Positions 28,484 to 39,437 of a stretch of DNA of 64,000 nucleotides are shown in pieces; position 1 is the first letter of the stretch; each line of letters begins with the position of its first letter. The notes beneath the pieces were generated by a model. It ran no database searches and was not told where the DNA came from. It saw only the letters and a program-made list of their open reading frames with translations. Origin of the DNA: an uncultured Acidimicrobiia bacterium (lineage in GTDB: Bacteria; Acidobacteriota; Terriglobia; Versatilivoradales; Versatilivoraceae). A program made the position numbers and the translations under genes. Location: assembly GCA_963786955.1 (NCBI GenBank), contig CAWBAT010000008.1:570783-634782 (forward strand), in the 5' to 3' direction.

Positions 28484-30609
28484 ATGAGATTGGGAGCCAC
28501 CAACAAAAAGGACATAGATATTGCCGAGCAAGCTGCATCTGCTGCCGAGACCCATACGGCACGACATGCTTTTAAGGTCATATATGGGCCCGGCGAATTA
28601 TCAATGGGTTCGGATGCTAATTTGAGGATCAGCGAGAGGAAGCGGATTAACCTTTCGGAGATCGGGATTGGGCCGGAAAAGCCAAACCTTGTGGATCTCG
28701 ATTTTGTAGGGCAAGGCATGGAAAGCCTACCTCATCAACCTAGGGACGCAACAAGAGCTTCTTCTACCACGTTTGACACCGAAGTACTTTCTTCGAGTCC
28801 GGGTTACTCCTTGTTAGAAGCCGATTTACGGCGAGCAGTTGAACGTCAAGAATTACTTGTCTACTACCAGCCTATTGTCATGCTGGATACGGGCCAGATT
28901 ACAGGTTTTGAAGCTCTTGTCCGCTGGCAGCACCCTACTCAAGGACTTCTTTCTCCCGCCGAATTCATTCACGTGGCAGAAAAAACAGGATTAATCGTTT
29001 CGATTGGAGCTTGGGTATTACGTGAAGCCTGTTGCCAGATGCGGTTGTGGCACCAAAAATTTGTGAAGAAACCTCCATTACTATTGTGCGTGAACTATTC
29101 AAGCAAGCTTTTTCAGCAGCCGGATCTTGTCGAGCAAGTCTGCCAGATTTTAAATGAAACTGGATTGAAACCGCAGACCTTGAAATTAGAGATCACAGAA
29201 ACGATGGTGATGGAAAATCCAGAACTGGTAAGAACGAAGCTTCTTCAGTTCCGGGCCCTCAATGTTCAATTGGGAATTGACGATTTTGGCACGGGTTACT
29301 CTTCCTTGAGCTATTTGCAAAAGTTTCCAGTTCATACCTTGAAGATTGACCGCTCGTTCATTGGGAGACTGGAGAATGACAAGGAGAATTTGGAAATTGT
29401 CCGGGCAATTGTCACTTTAGCTCACAACCTGGGGCTAGACGTGGTTGCCGAAGGAGTGGAAACAGAAGCGCAGCTCACTATACTGAAGATGCTCAACTGC
29501 GAATTTGGGCAGGGCTACTTATTCGCCAGACCTGTCGATGCGAAACAAGCCGAAGATCTGCTCATGTCAGATCACTCAGAATGGATTGATATCCCCCGCA
29601 GAGAAGTGAATCCCGCACAGCCTGCTAGAAAGGGCGAGTCGGATAATAGCTTCTTGGCATCCCCCTTCAATCCTTCGATGGCCATAAAAGAGGAAACCGT
29701 CGCGGGCCCGACCTTTCAAGCTGCTTTTCAAACACAGCCCAGACCAAGGATTTCGAATCATAAAGGCACTTTCGTGGGAGTCTTATCGAAGCCATATTTG
29801 CAGGCTGCGGGGCTCGTGCTTGCCGGGTTATTGGGGATCTACTTGCTTTCCGGGCATCGAAACAAGACGGACAAACCATCACCGGTCCAAGCGAGTTCAG
29901 AGAAGGCTTTACCACCCTTAGAGAAGTTCGTTCAGAAAAAGGCTCCACCACCGATAGAACAGGTCGTTCAGAAAAACGCCAACTCCTTCTCAATACGCGA
30001 AGTAAAATCCGCGATGGCGTCGGGCAAATATGTTATGCCTCCTCTTGCCAATGCCGTTTACTTTTGCAACCGGCTACTGGCGGCGGATCCGAATGACCTT
30101 GAGGTCCAGAAACTCAAAGACGAAAGCGCCCGAAAGGCTATGGCTCAGGCCAGGCAATGTGCGCATTCTGGGAAGTCGGATGAAGCTCGTGAGCTCTATC
30201 GTTCGCTATTGAAACTGTCGCAAGATGGAAGTCGATTCCCCTATAGCCCGCAAGAAATGAAAAAGAGCTCCAGAAAAATGAAATGAAGACGTATTCCGTT
30301 GTTCATGATCATTTTGTTGGAGGTTGCCAAGGCAAACTAGAGTTCAACTCTTACGTCATCTCTTACGTTCCATTTCAGAATTCTAAAGACGGATTCAGTG
30401 AAAAGATCGGTCAGGTGTCGATCTTAGCAGACGGAGGAGCGTTAAAAATCAAGCTCCCTAATAAGACGTATCGGTTCAAAGTAAACTCAAGTAAGAGCAA
30501 GGACGAACAAAAATCTCAAACGGATGCGTTGTATTTGGAGCTCAGTGACCGGGTTGAAGATAACCGTACTGCGGAAAACAACCAAAGTGGCCAGCTCCGT
30601 CATCCGTGA
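28484..30609 (+). CDS. EAL c-di-GMP phosphodiesterase fused to a TM helix and extracytoplasmic domains (probable frameshift near 30280)
   Basis: YYQP, GFEALVRW, EITE, DDFGTGYSSL, KIDRSF, AEGVE and QGYLF motifs; TM LQAAGLVLAGLLGIYLL. ORF 30283-30609 overlaps at an A-rich tract and may be a separate gene. The start is uncertain. Confidence 0.8.
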
Positions 30610-30613
30610 CACT

Positions 30614-30835
30614 TCATTTTTCTTTCCCGTATTTGGGCCGCGAGTAACGCGCCCCATGCATCTGCATCATCCCTTTAACAGTATTCGTCACAATTTCGCT
30701 CATTGAGAGACCTTGTAAAGCTGCAAAGGCCTTGAACCGACGGTGCAACGGTTCGTCCAAGAATACTTGTAGAATCTTCTTTCCCGGGGGAACCCGAGGG
30801 GCGCGGTCTCGCTGGGTGGTTTTTCGGGGTGGCAT
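30614..30835 (-). CDS. Small ribbon-helix-helix DNA-binding protein (ParG/CopG-like)
   Basis: AAGGAG RBS; pattern ILQVFLDEPLHRRFKAFAALQGLSMSEIV. Confidence 0.7.
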   Translation of the reverse strand: MPPRKTTQRDRAPRVPPGKKILQVFLDEPLHRRFKAFAALQGLSMSEIVTNTVKGMMQMHGARYSRPKYGKEK

Positions 30836-31109
30836 TCGAATTTCTCCTTACATACACTGTACCATATAACTCACTGTCCACAGTTAACCCTGGGTCAATT
30901 CGTTGAAGTCGCACCTGGTTTGTGAGAGGGGAAACAAGGAGCATCAGAAGGCGTCGGGTATCGTAGAACCAGTGACCCGCAGGGACACTGGGGCCTCAAA
31001 CATCCGCATTAATTGTTGTCTGCTTTATTTCTGCGCCCCCAATAGACACCCCCTTGACAAGGGGGACTTGAGAGGGGTCCGAGCCGGACTTATAGCATTC
31101 TTCAGTGCG

Positions 31110-31218
31110 CTAGTACTCACTTGCAGAAGTCCGTGTTGTCGCTAGCCCCGCTGTTTAGGCCCGGGGTCAACGACCCCGGCTACAACAATTACCGCGAATT
31201 TGTGCAACTTAGTACTAG
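31110..31218. mobile_element. MITE-like element with CTAGTACT ends enclosing a GTAGCCGG REP
   Basis: CTAGTACTCACTTGCA / TGCAACTTAGTACTAG is a 14/16 inverted repeat; the right end contains the rhaM stop codon. Confidence 0.65.
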
Positions 31219-31532
31219 TCCGAGAATTGCCCAAATGAAAAGACCAAGGGTACGTAATTGAATTGAATTCCCCCGCGTTCATCTGTTTCTAACAGATCAG
31301 TCATGTGGGCGTTCCAACGAGCCACGACGGGATGTTCTCCGACGCGAGCCCAGCTCTCTTTCGAAGGAACCCAGACATGAATCATGAGTTGGTCCTCATG
31401 ACGAAAGATCACCATGTTCACATGGTGATCTCTCAAAGCATCGTGCATTTCTGGCCAGAGATTGTCATGACGCTTCTGATACTCTTCACTGCAACCAGGT
31501 CTTAACTTCATTAAAAATCCGATAGATTGCAT
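31215..31532 (-). CDS. rhaM: L-rhamnose mutarotase family protein
   Basis: FLMKLRPG..EEYQKRHDNLWPEM and PVVARWNAHMTDLL motifs; 105 aa. Confidence 0.75.
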   Translation of the reverse strand: MQSIGFLMKLRPGCSEEYQKRHDNLWPEMHDALRDHHVNMVIFRHEDQLMIHVWVPSKESWARVGEHPVVARWNAHMTDLLETDERGGIQFNYVPLVFSFGQFSD

Positions 31533-31648
31533 AAAGACTCTCCAGGCAACTATGAGTTGTCATGTTTACGGGCAAAGACGCCTCCCCACCCGTGGTATGA
31601 CTCAACACTAATCCTTCTCTCTCCCTCACCACATATAGAGAAGGAATC

Positions 31649-32725
31649 TCAAAGAATTTTTCTGAGTTGCTGCAAGAAATAGCAGTAATTCTTGAATGAA
31701 ATGTCAGGAGGCGCGCTATGATCGAGCATCGGGATGTAACCCCCATCGCGTGTAAGCGTCTCGATTCGAGCTAGCTCCCGGTCAATTGCGGCGAAGCCAT
31801 CGACAAGTGTCCGCTTATCGATTCCGCCCCAAATGCGCAGGTTTCGCCCGTACTTCTTGCGTATGGCCGAAACATCCATTCCGGACTGCACTTCGAAGGG
31901 GTAAAGGATGTCTATTCCCGCATCCATCCAGACTGGAATGAGCGAGTCAATGTTTCCGTCACTGTCGAGTCCGAAGAAACGGACCCCTCGACTACGACCG
32001 AAATCCACCACTTTCCGGTATCGGGGGAGCATGAATTTTCGAACATGTTGCGGAGAAATGAGAGGAGCTGTTTTGTACGCCATGTCCTCCCAGAACCCAA
32101 AGAAGTCAATATCCGTTTCCTCGAGTATTTGGGCCAGCATGGAGATCAAGAATTCGGCGTCCGCCTCCATCATCTCTTCCACAAATGCAGGGTCATCATA
32201 GAACATGACGCACAATCGTTCCACACCGACAAGATTCCTCAGGCTGCCAAAATAGCCTCCCCATCGGTCTGCGATGACCAACAACGGGTAGTCACGGTTT
32301 TTATGACGACGGAGCTTCTCCCTCCAGTCAGGTCCAATGCGTTCCGTGAGGTCAGGCCGCATCCGCTCCTTCCAGAACCTCCGGAAATCTTCACGCGTCT
32401 CGACCGGAAAACGGATGAATTGCGGCATTGAACTCAATGGATTGATCTTGAACTCCTTTACGATAATCCCTTGCGAGTCGACGTAGGTCACCGTTTTCTC
32501 ATCCTCGGAAATGACTTCCCGCTCAAAAGAAGGCGTGGGATAAAACCAAGAGTATTCTACAGCCCAGCGGTCACAACCGAAGCTAGACTGCTGGGGATCA
32601 TATCCTGCTTCTTTGGCCCAGAGCTCTGCAGTCTCAGGCCAGGTGGGCCACATGAACTCATGAAACGGGGCCCTGTCGGGATTCCCATAATTCATGCTCT
32701 CAATAAAGCGCTGCTGATCGTTCAT
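31649..32725 (-). CDS. Uroporphyrinogen decarboxylase/MtaA-CmuA family TIM-barrel protein
   Basis: WEDMAYK..PLISP, DSDGNI, P-FEVQSGMD, WGGIDK and GGYIP.LDHS.PPD motifs. Confidence 0.85.
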   Translation of the reverse strand: MNDQQRFIESMNYGNPDRAPFHEFMWPTWPETAELWAKEAGYDPQQSSFGCDRWAVEYSWFYPTPSFEREVISEDEKTVTYVDSQGIIVKEFKINPLSSMPQFIRFPVETREDFRRFWKERMRPDLTERIGPDWREKLRRHKNRDYPLLVIADRWGGYFGSLRNLVGVERLCVMFYDDPAFVEEMMEADAEFLISMLAQILEETDIDFFGFWEDMAYKTAPLISPQHVRKFMLPRYRKVVDFGRSRGVRFFGLDSDGNIDSLIPVWMDAGIDILYPFEVQSGMDVSAIRKKYGRNLRIWGGIDKRTLVDGFAAIDRELARIETLTRDGGYIPMLDHSAPPDISFKNYCYFLQQLRKIL

Positions 32726-32890
32726 AGGATATGGGCTAAAAGAAAGGCAGAATGGATGGTCTTACAACATGGCAGGTTCTCTCTGCGGTAGACTGCTGGT
32801 TGTTCTGAAGGGTGAAGAGACAGTATCATGAAGCAATCCTAGCGCTTCCCATTCACATTGCCAAGCATTGCGTAGAGGACAGTGGTTCAA

Positions 32891-34057
32891 TCACCGGCGC
32901 CCATCAGCAGATACTGGCAGGAGCGAGACTTCATAGACCCGCAGAATCCCGGCAATCTTATTGTCAAAGCGCAGGGAAGGCTTCCGCCGAAGCTGGATAT
33001 CCAATGCCTGGGTTCCGTCCGGTACATTAAATTCAATACTCACCCAAGAACGAGGAACGCTTCCTTCGATACTCGGCGTCTCGACGACCAGGTGGCTCTA
33101 AATGTCGACACCAATGATGCGCCAGAAAGGTCTTTCGTCTGTGGTGATGCCCTCAGCCTCGATTTCCCCGGAAAAGCGATACCGACCCGGGGTCACCACA
33201 GTGAACTGACGCAGATGGGCAAATTCCACATTGTCCTCGCCCAGGAAGCGGACCTCTAAACCGTTCTTGCGCTCAACTTCGACCGAGGGCACAGCGCCGA
33301 GTCTCCAATCAAACGGGCTTGCTGTCGGAGCGGTAGCAAAGCGGCGGTTGGCAATCCTCTGCGGCCGCAGATAATCTTCTCGCTGCTCCCCAAGCCATTC
33401 GACCCACATTTCTTGCGCTGCTCGGTACGCATTGCGCTCCCAAAGCGTCTGCGCGAGCTCGACTGCTGACTTCTCGTCCGCCAGTCCATTGTCGTGCATC
33501 CAAGACCAAGTGGTGTCGAGATCGCTCTCGGACCCATGCGTGCGAATCCACACCAGCCAGGAACGTGCGCTCCGCGCTAATGCGGGAACAGCATTCCCCA
33601 GCAACTGGGAGATGGGCACGCCAGAACGCGGAGAGATAAGAGAATAGAATCTCATCAAAACCGGAGGTCTGCGATAAGACATGCGCCGAGTCAACAAAGC
33701 CGCGGTCGCGCCGCCCATGAGTGAAATCGAAATTGGCGGCCCTCATCCACACAGGAGTCATTTCCGGTCCCAATGTGATTGCGTGGTCAATGGCTGCGGC
33801 GGCTTGATCCGTCTCGCCACGGAGACTTAAGACTTCCGCATACGTACACCAAGCCAAGGGGTTTGCGGGATCCGTCAGCACCAGAATTCGAATGTCATCA
33901 GCCGTGGCACTCGGGGCATCCAGCCCTGCATAGATTTGATCATATCGGCAACCTCCATTGAGGCACAGCCTGGAGGCGGAGCGGACGGGGACAGGTCCTG
34001 AACAATTGAGAGAAGTGCAATCAGCAGCGAGGTCAGTGCAATCATCGCTTGGATCAT
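32891..34057 (-). CDS. Hypothetical protein with TPR-like region and C-terminal carbohydrate-binding-like domain (frameshifted)
   Basis: The ATG overlaps the ligase stop. Fragments DPANPLAWCTYAEVL, SPFDWR, VVTPGRYRF and RRKPSLRFDNKIAG lie in different frames. Confidence 0.65.
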
Positions 34058-35413
34058 GATCCACCTCGAACTGCCGGACTCACTGCCAGTCCCCCCAGCC
34101 ACGCGAGTGCCAGGGCGTTGGCGGGTATGTAGAGATTGAAGTCTGCCAGGCTATGCAATCCTACGGCGATAAATACGCCCAGAAGTCCAACTGCAAGCTC
34201 CCAATTGGATCGACCCGCGTCTATACATCACGGCTGAGAAGGTGGACCAGAGTATCCAGCCGCCCACTGCTATCACCAGCAGGAATCCAGGGAATCCCAA
34301 CTCGGCTAAAATCTGCAAGTAATCATTGTGAGCGAAATCCACGGTGTTTATCGGCGCTACGGTCTTGAATGCAAACAAACCGCGCTCGTACGCACCCAAC
34401 CCGCAGCCAGTCAATGGATAGGCGGCGATGAGCTTTACCGTATCCTTCCAGATCTGGACCCGCCCATCCGACGAGATATCTTCGGTCTGCGCCAACTCAG
34501 CGAATCGCTGAACCATTTCGCCAGGAGAGAGGAAACCCAAGAGCATCAATCCGCCTACTAAAACCCCCGCCGGCGCAACCCAACGCCAGCGGCGTGGCGG
34601 ATTCGCCGCATCGGCCTGTTGAGTGAAGAGCCATGCCAACCCCATCGCTCCGAGACCCACAAGCGTGGAGAGGATTCCCATGCGCGAGAGCGAGGCGAGC
34701 ATCCCCATCAACAGGAATGCCACGACTGCCAGAAGTAAGGCTGTCTGCAACGTCGGCCGCCTGGGTTCTGCGAAGGGGATTCCCTCGCCGCCAACTGGCA
34801 ATGGCCCAATAATAGTCAGAGGTAGAGCCATTTCTAGGAGGCCCGCAAAATGGTTGCGGTTAACATACGTCCCGGTTGCCATGGGTGTGCCGTTCCCTCC
34901 ATTCGCAGCAGAAAATATTGGAGAATACCCAAAAGGCTCTCAAGCGAAGCGATGACGACTAGGGGAGCCACAAGCCACCAGGCACGGCGGTTTAGCCGGC
35001 GCCCCAACTCGTAGGTTGCGACAAAAGCAAGCCATCGCAGGGGCTACATTGAGCAGACGTTGCATGGTTGCCGCTGGGGCGACGGATAAAGCCAACCAGG
35101 AACCGGCGCTGCCTGCTGCAGCCATTCGCGCCGCAAGGGCGGCAGCCCAGCGGCTTGGCGATATATAGGCAATGACCACAGGCGGGAGCGGGATCAACTG
35201 CATCACCATCCACCCCAGTAATAGACCCATCAACGCGAAGCCCCAAGCTCCTTCGACCTCCCAAAAGCTTGGGTTTCGCGAGACGAGCAGACATGCGGTG
35301 ATGGAGATCCCGAGAGCGCTCCACTCCCACTGAGCCGGATAAACACCACCTTTCAGCACAACGGCGGCCGCCAGCGACGCGGTCATCAGGGAGAAAGCGA
35401 CCCAACGAACCAT
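34054..35413 (-). CDS. O-antigen ligase (WaaL/Wzy_C) family membrane protein (frameshifted)
   Basis: GTYVNRNHFAGLLEM, SLSRMG, R..IW, G.GLG.Y, AHNDYLQILAELG and LADFNLYIPAN motifs. Confidence 0.85.
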
Positions 35414-35528
35414 TAGATTTGGGATTCCTCGTAGGCAAGTAAATCGGGGATTTTTATCTGGCGGCTAAAAAGCAAACACCCTCGCCACGCCGTGGTGGAA
35501 AGGGTCACGCTTTGCAAAGTCGAAAGCC

Positions 35529-36063
35529 TTATTGGCTCGGACTCACTGAAGCGCCGCCTCCAGTTGCTATAGCGACGCCGACTCCGAGGCCCGCTCGCAG
35601 CACCTACTCCAAGCAACACCGCTGCCTTGTGGCCCACCGTCCAGAATCCGGCCATGGAGGGTTGTTTCCTCCCAGCTCCAATAAACCCGTCAACTCAGAA
35701 GGCGTAATCGCCTTCGTGGCAGCCATGAGCTTGACGGCCGTGAGCGTTTTCAGAGAGTAGCTTGCCGACCCGCTCGTTAACTGAAAAACGGGCGTCTTGC
35801 CAGACAGATCAAGCTTCGCGGAAGATCCCGGACTTAGAAGGAAGGTTGATCTGTCGAGGAAAGTGACTGTTACCGGCGTGGGTCCGGCTTTGATGGTATC
35901 GCCTGCCAGACCCGGCCAGGAAGACACTCCATGACCCGGGGTGACATGCGCTCCGCGCAGTTCAAACGGGACCGCCGGATGTCACGGTAGCCACCGGAGC
36001 CTGGGCCCACACGGGGGTGACCAAGATGATACTAAAGATAAGGGCTTTCAATATTTTAGGCAC
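35529..36063 (-). CDS. Small secreted FecR-like beta protein with Gly/Ala-rich C-terminal hydrophobic segment (frameshifted)
   Basis: Signal peptide ending VWA-Q; AGDTIKAG..VTFLDRS..LSPGSSAKL; ends GGASVSPSQ*. Confidence 0.55.
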
Positions 36064-36201
36064 ACATCCCTCGATTCAAAAAAAAATATCATGAAACCAA
36101 CCTAAATACAACCCATGAGGATCCTTAAGTACACAGATCAAATGATGAAATCACGTTCCCAGCTAACGCTTCGAAAAGGGTGTTACAGGAGACGAGTCGA
36201 C

Positions 36202-38058
36202 CTAATTCTTAAACTTCAGCAGCAACTCTCCATGTGCATTAGTAAGCTGAACCCCGGAGGGGTCACGAGTGGCAGTGAAGTTTACAAAAGTCAGTTTGAC
36301 CTTCGCCGCATCAGACTCTCCTTCAACACTCAAGAGATCCTCTGAAAGGATCGTGTGTGAGCCCTCTCCAGGCTGTTGCTGAATCCTGTCAAAGAATGGC
36401 TTTAAGTCAATGATGACGAGGTTTGTCATTCCTTCACGGAACTCAAACGTCTGCCCGTCTGTCCCGCAATACAATTCGAAATGCCGCGACCCTATATTGG
36501 CTGTTTGAGAGTACGGGCTCGCACCTGACCTGTATAGGTTGAAGGTTAAGAGATAGTCATATCCGGCAACCGCTTGAGCATCCTGCCATTGCCTCTTTGA
36601 GCTTACAGAGAAAACTCTAGGATTCGCTCGAGAGTCCCAGTTATTGACATAAGTCACGCCCATGAGTTCGGTAACTTTTGCAGCCAGGTCAACCGAAGAT
36701 CGCCAGGAGAACACGCTTTCCACTCTTGGATGCACGCTTTTACCCCGCAAATTCTTCAGGTCCTGCGCAAACCACGGTTGCAGACTTGCTGTTCCGTGCA
36801 TCTCGAAGAGATAGGCGACTATGGCGCTAATTTCCTTACGGTCCTTGAAATCGGGAGGCGTGCCAGTCTTGTGAATTTGCCCGTCCTTCATGATCCCGAC
36901 TCGATTTAAGATCATCCGCAGCCGGCCAAGTTGGTTTTGACGACAAATGGAATACGGTCCCCAGCCGCCACCCAGCGTCAGCACAGCAACAAGGGCGAGC
37001 GAGAACGGAATGACCTTGATACTGGGCTGGCGGCGAAACGTGAAATAACCCGCAATGCCGGACATCCAAAGTGATAATACGATGAGAAAATACCTGTCCT
37101 CGGTCAAGCCATACTCTGAAACGCGCCGCCAGATGGCCATCAACAGCAAGATAATCAATGGAAATAGCCCCGCGTAAAACGAGCGCGAGTAAAGCCGAAT
37201 CCAGCGATGCCCCGGCTGGTTACGTAGAGGATGCACTAACAGCAGGGCGAGTATTCCTACAACTGACACAACGCTGACTAACCAACCGATAGTGCCACGA
37301 GGCCATTCCCGTATTGCGAGGATCTTCACCAGGTAGGCGTACAGGATGAGGACATACAGAGTGACCAGAGGGAGCAGGATAAATTGCACGAACAGGCGCA
37401 GCCCTGCCGGATAATCCGCTTCAGGTTCGAGATCGCGCCAGTCGGAAGGAACTCCGGCTAGAAAGAACCAGGTATTGAAAAGGTAGCCGATCGCCAGAAA
37501 CAGGAAGTAGTAGACTTTCCATTCCACCTTCAGGCCCAGCAAGGATTGAACAGCCCACAGAGCGACACAGAGCCCGATGAAAAGGATCCCAGAAAACAAG
37601 ACAGACTGCAGAATACGTTGGAACAAGATCCTATTGAACTGCCAAAAAGCGGCGATTTCACCACGTCGAAAGTAAGGGGCGACGGCTACGAGCAGGTGCG
37701 AAGCGACAGCCAATTGGAGAAAGCGATAGACGTAGATGCGAGCGGTCTCTTGATTGTAAGAGAAAAAAAATGGAATCAGAACAACTGCTCCCGCGGCGAG
37801 CCCGATCCAGTGTCGGCGCTGCGCAAGTGGTGATTGTTCGAGGCCAATGGCTAGTGCAAGGAAACCGGATATCCCGAGTATTGTAACTAGCAAGCAGCGG
37901 CTGAGCAGCTCTTCCCGAGACAGGTTAGAAGCATTTTCGACAACCAGAATCCAGGAGAAACAGGCGCTGGTTATTGCAGAGAGCAAGGCCCATGGAAATC
38001 GTTGGGCCGTCTCTCGGGCCGACCGGATCACATGGACGACTGACGGGAAGCGAATCAT
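36202..38058 (-). CDS. DUF4153 family membrane protein
   Basis: About 10 TM segments; FILLPLVTLYVLILYAY, WPRG and RRVSEYGLTEDRY motifs. Confidence 0.8.
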   Translation of the reverse strand: MIRFPSVVHVIRSARETAQRFPWALLSAITSACFSWILVVENASNLSREELLSRCLLVTILGISGFLALAIGLEQSPLAQRRHWIGLAAGAVVLIPFFFSYNQETARIYVYRFLQLAVASHLLVAVAPYFRRGEIAAFWQFNRILFQRILQSVLFSGILFIGLCVALWAVQSLLGLKVEWKVYYFLFLAIGYLFNTWFFLAGVPSDWRDLEPEADYPAGLRLFVQFILLPLVTLYVLILYAYLVKILAIREWPRGTIGWLVSVVSVVGILALLLVHPLRNQPGHRWIRLYSRSFYAGLFPLIILLLMAIWRRVSEYGLTEDRYFLIVLSLWMSGIAGYFTFRRQPSIKVIPFSLALVAVLTLGGGWGPYSICRQNQLGRLRMILNRVGIMKDGQIHKTGTPPDFKDRKEISAIVAYLFEMHGTASLQPWFAQDLKNLRGKSVHPRVESVFSWRSSVDLAAKVTELMGVTYVNNWDSRANPRVFSVSSKRQWQDAQAVAGYDYLLTFNLYRSGASPYSQTANIGSRHFELYCGTDGQTFEFREGMTNLVIIDLKPFFDRIQQQPGEGSHTILSEDLLSVEGESDAAKVKLTFVNFTATRDPSGVQLTNAHGELLLKFKN

Positions 38059-38156
38059 TTCAGATGAGGCTATCGGAGTTGCTAGCGGGAGTCAAGATGC
38101 AGGGGAGGCCGCACGCCTGCGGAGGGAAGAGCTCTACGACGCAGCTCGACTATTCT

Positions 38157-38456
38157 GAATTATCGGCTTTCCTCTCCCCAACGCGGGAGAGGAATTGGAG
38201 GTGAGGGGCTGGTCGTTCTGGTAGGGCGCGTATTACTTGCGCGCCGCCATGCCCAAACTCAAGAGATGAACACGATACTGAATTATCGGCTCTCCTCCCC
38301 CCAACGCGGGAGAGGAGTTGGAGGTGAGGGGGAACTGTTTGCATTTCCGTCCACCGGAGTGGCAAAGGAGCAGGGTAGCAGAGTTGATTTTTGACCCTGC
38401 GGCTTTTTGGAACTGGCGGGTAGAAAGCCGCGACCCAGAAATCGGGTCCGCGCTAC
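38157..38456. repeat. Direct repeat pair of a REP-like hairpin plus a GTAGCGC-family REP
   Basis: TGAATTATCGGCT..CCTC.CCCCAACGCGGGAGAGGA.TTGGAGGTGAGGGG at about 38156 and 38279; CCGCGACCCAGAAATCGGGTCCGCGCTAC near 38428. Confidence 0.75.
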
Positions 38457-38597
38457 ACTCTTCAGTTTCTGGCAAAGCCGCTGTGCGGCGACCCTTATAT
38501 AGTAAATAACAGAAATTGTATGTCGAGCCATTTAGCCCTGGCTGGGGTCGGCCGCTGTCAACGTCCCCGCCTGTACCCCTACACTTCATCCTTTATG

Positions 38598-38864
38598 CTA
38601 TGCAGCATTTCTTCGCTTCAGCGCTTGGGCGAGGTCGTACGTCGATTGAAGATTCATCCAAAGTTTTGCCGAAGTCTTCAAGGCTGCCGATAAGTCCAAA
38701 GCAGTATCAGCCGTGACACCTCGCTTTCCACGGACAAACTCATTCAAACGCGTCCTTGTCCAACCCACCTTCCTTGCAAAATCAGATTGGGTTATCCCTG
38801 CTGGCTGCAGAAACTCCTCAAGAAGAATTTCACCGGGATGAAACGGATTCTTTGGTGTCCTCAT
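38598..38864 (-). CDS. higA: HigA antitoxin (HTH)
   Basis: HPGEILLEEFL..GITQ..A, RGVTADTA..L and WMNLQ..YDL motifs. Confidence 0.93.
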   Translation of the reverse strand: MRTPKNPFHPGEILLEEFLQPAGITQSDFARKVGWTRTRLNEFVRGKRGVTADTALDLSAALKTSAKLWMNLQSTYDLAQALKRRNAA

Positions 38865-38884
38865 CGTCCTCCCTCTCTACGAAC

Positions 38885-39175
38885 CTAATGATAGTCAATC
38901 ACGAATACGTTAGCTGCATTACCGTCTTTCCACCTGAATGCGACCCGCCACTGATCATTGATGCGAATCGAATGAAAGCCCTTCCATTTACCCTTAAGAG
39001 ACTCCAATCTGTTTCCGGGTGGAAGACGAAGATCGCGCAATTCTGCGGCATCATGCAGATACAATAGCTTTCTTCGAGCGGACCGGCATAGTTCACTTGG
39101 AAACTGTCTTACTTGTCGGGAGGACCTATCTTCAAATAGATCTTCGGCAAGTCTATTCCCGAAGCTCTCGATCAT
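38885..39175 (-). CDS. higB: HigB (RelE-superfamily) toxin
   Basis: MIESF...ARRKL..L, DLRLPPGNRLESLKG and HSIRINDQWR..F.W motifs; ends DYH; lies upstream of the antitoxin. Confidence 0.93.
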   Translation of the reverse strand: MIESFGNRLAEDLFEDRSSRQVRQFPSELCRSARRKLLYLHDAAELRDLRLPPGNRLESLKGKWKGFHSIRINDQWRVAFRWKDGNAANVFVIDYH

Positions 39176-39181
39176 ATTATC

Positions 39182-39210
39182 ATGTTATCGATACTTGATA
39201 ACCTCGTCAA
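39182..39210 (-). promoter_or_regulatory. higBA promoter with overlapping palindromic operator
   Basis: TTGACG-N17-TAACAT; GTTATC-N7-GATAAC at 39184-39202; the ATG is 6 nt after the -10 element. Confidence 0.7.
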
Positions 39211-39437
39211 GATTGTCGTGTCACTCTCATGCACCTGGTGTCTCGCAGTTGCTCCAGACGTGGTCGAAAATCCACTCTTACTTACATGGAATCCCCGACA
39301 AATTCTACTAGCCCTTAGGCGTCGCCAAATATCTTATTTTGAATTAAAGCCGAATCGCCGCCTTTGCCAATAGGCGAGAGCGAATGGGCCTGACTTGATG
39401 GCCTAGAAAAAGGAGACGTTCGTGAGTCAATCAAAAG

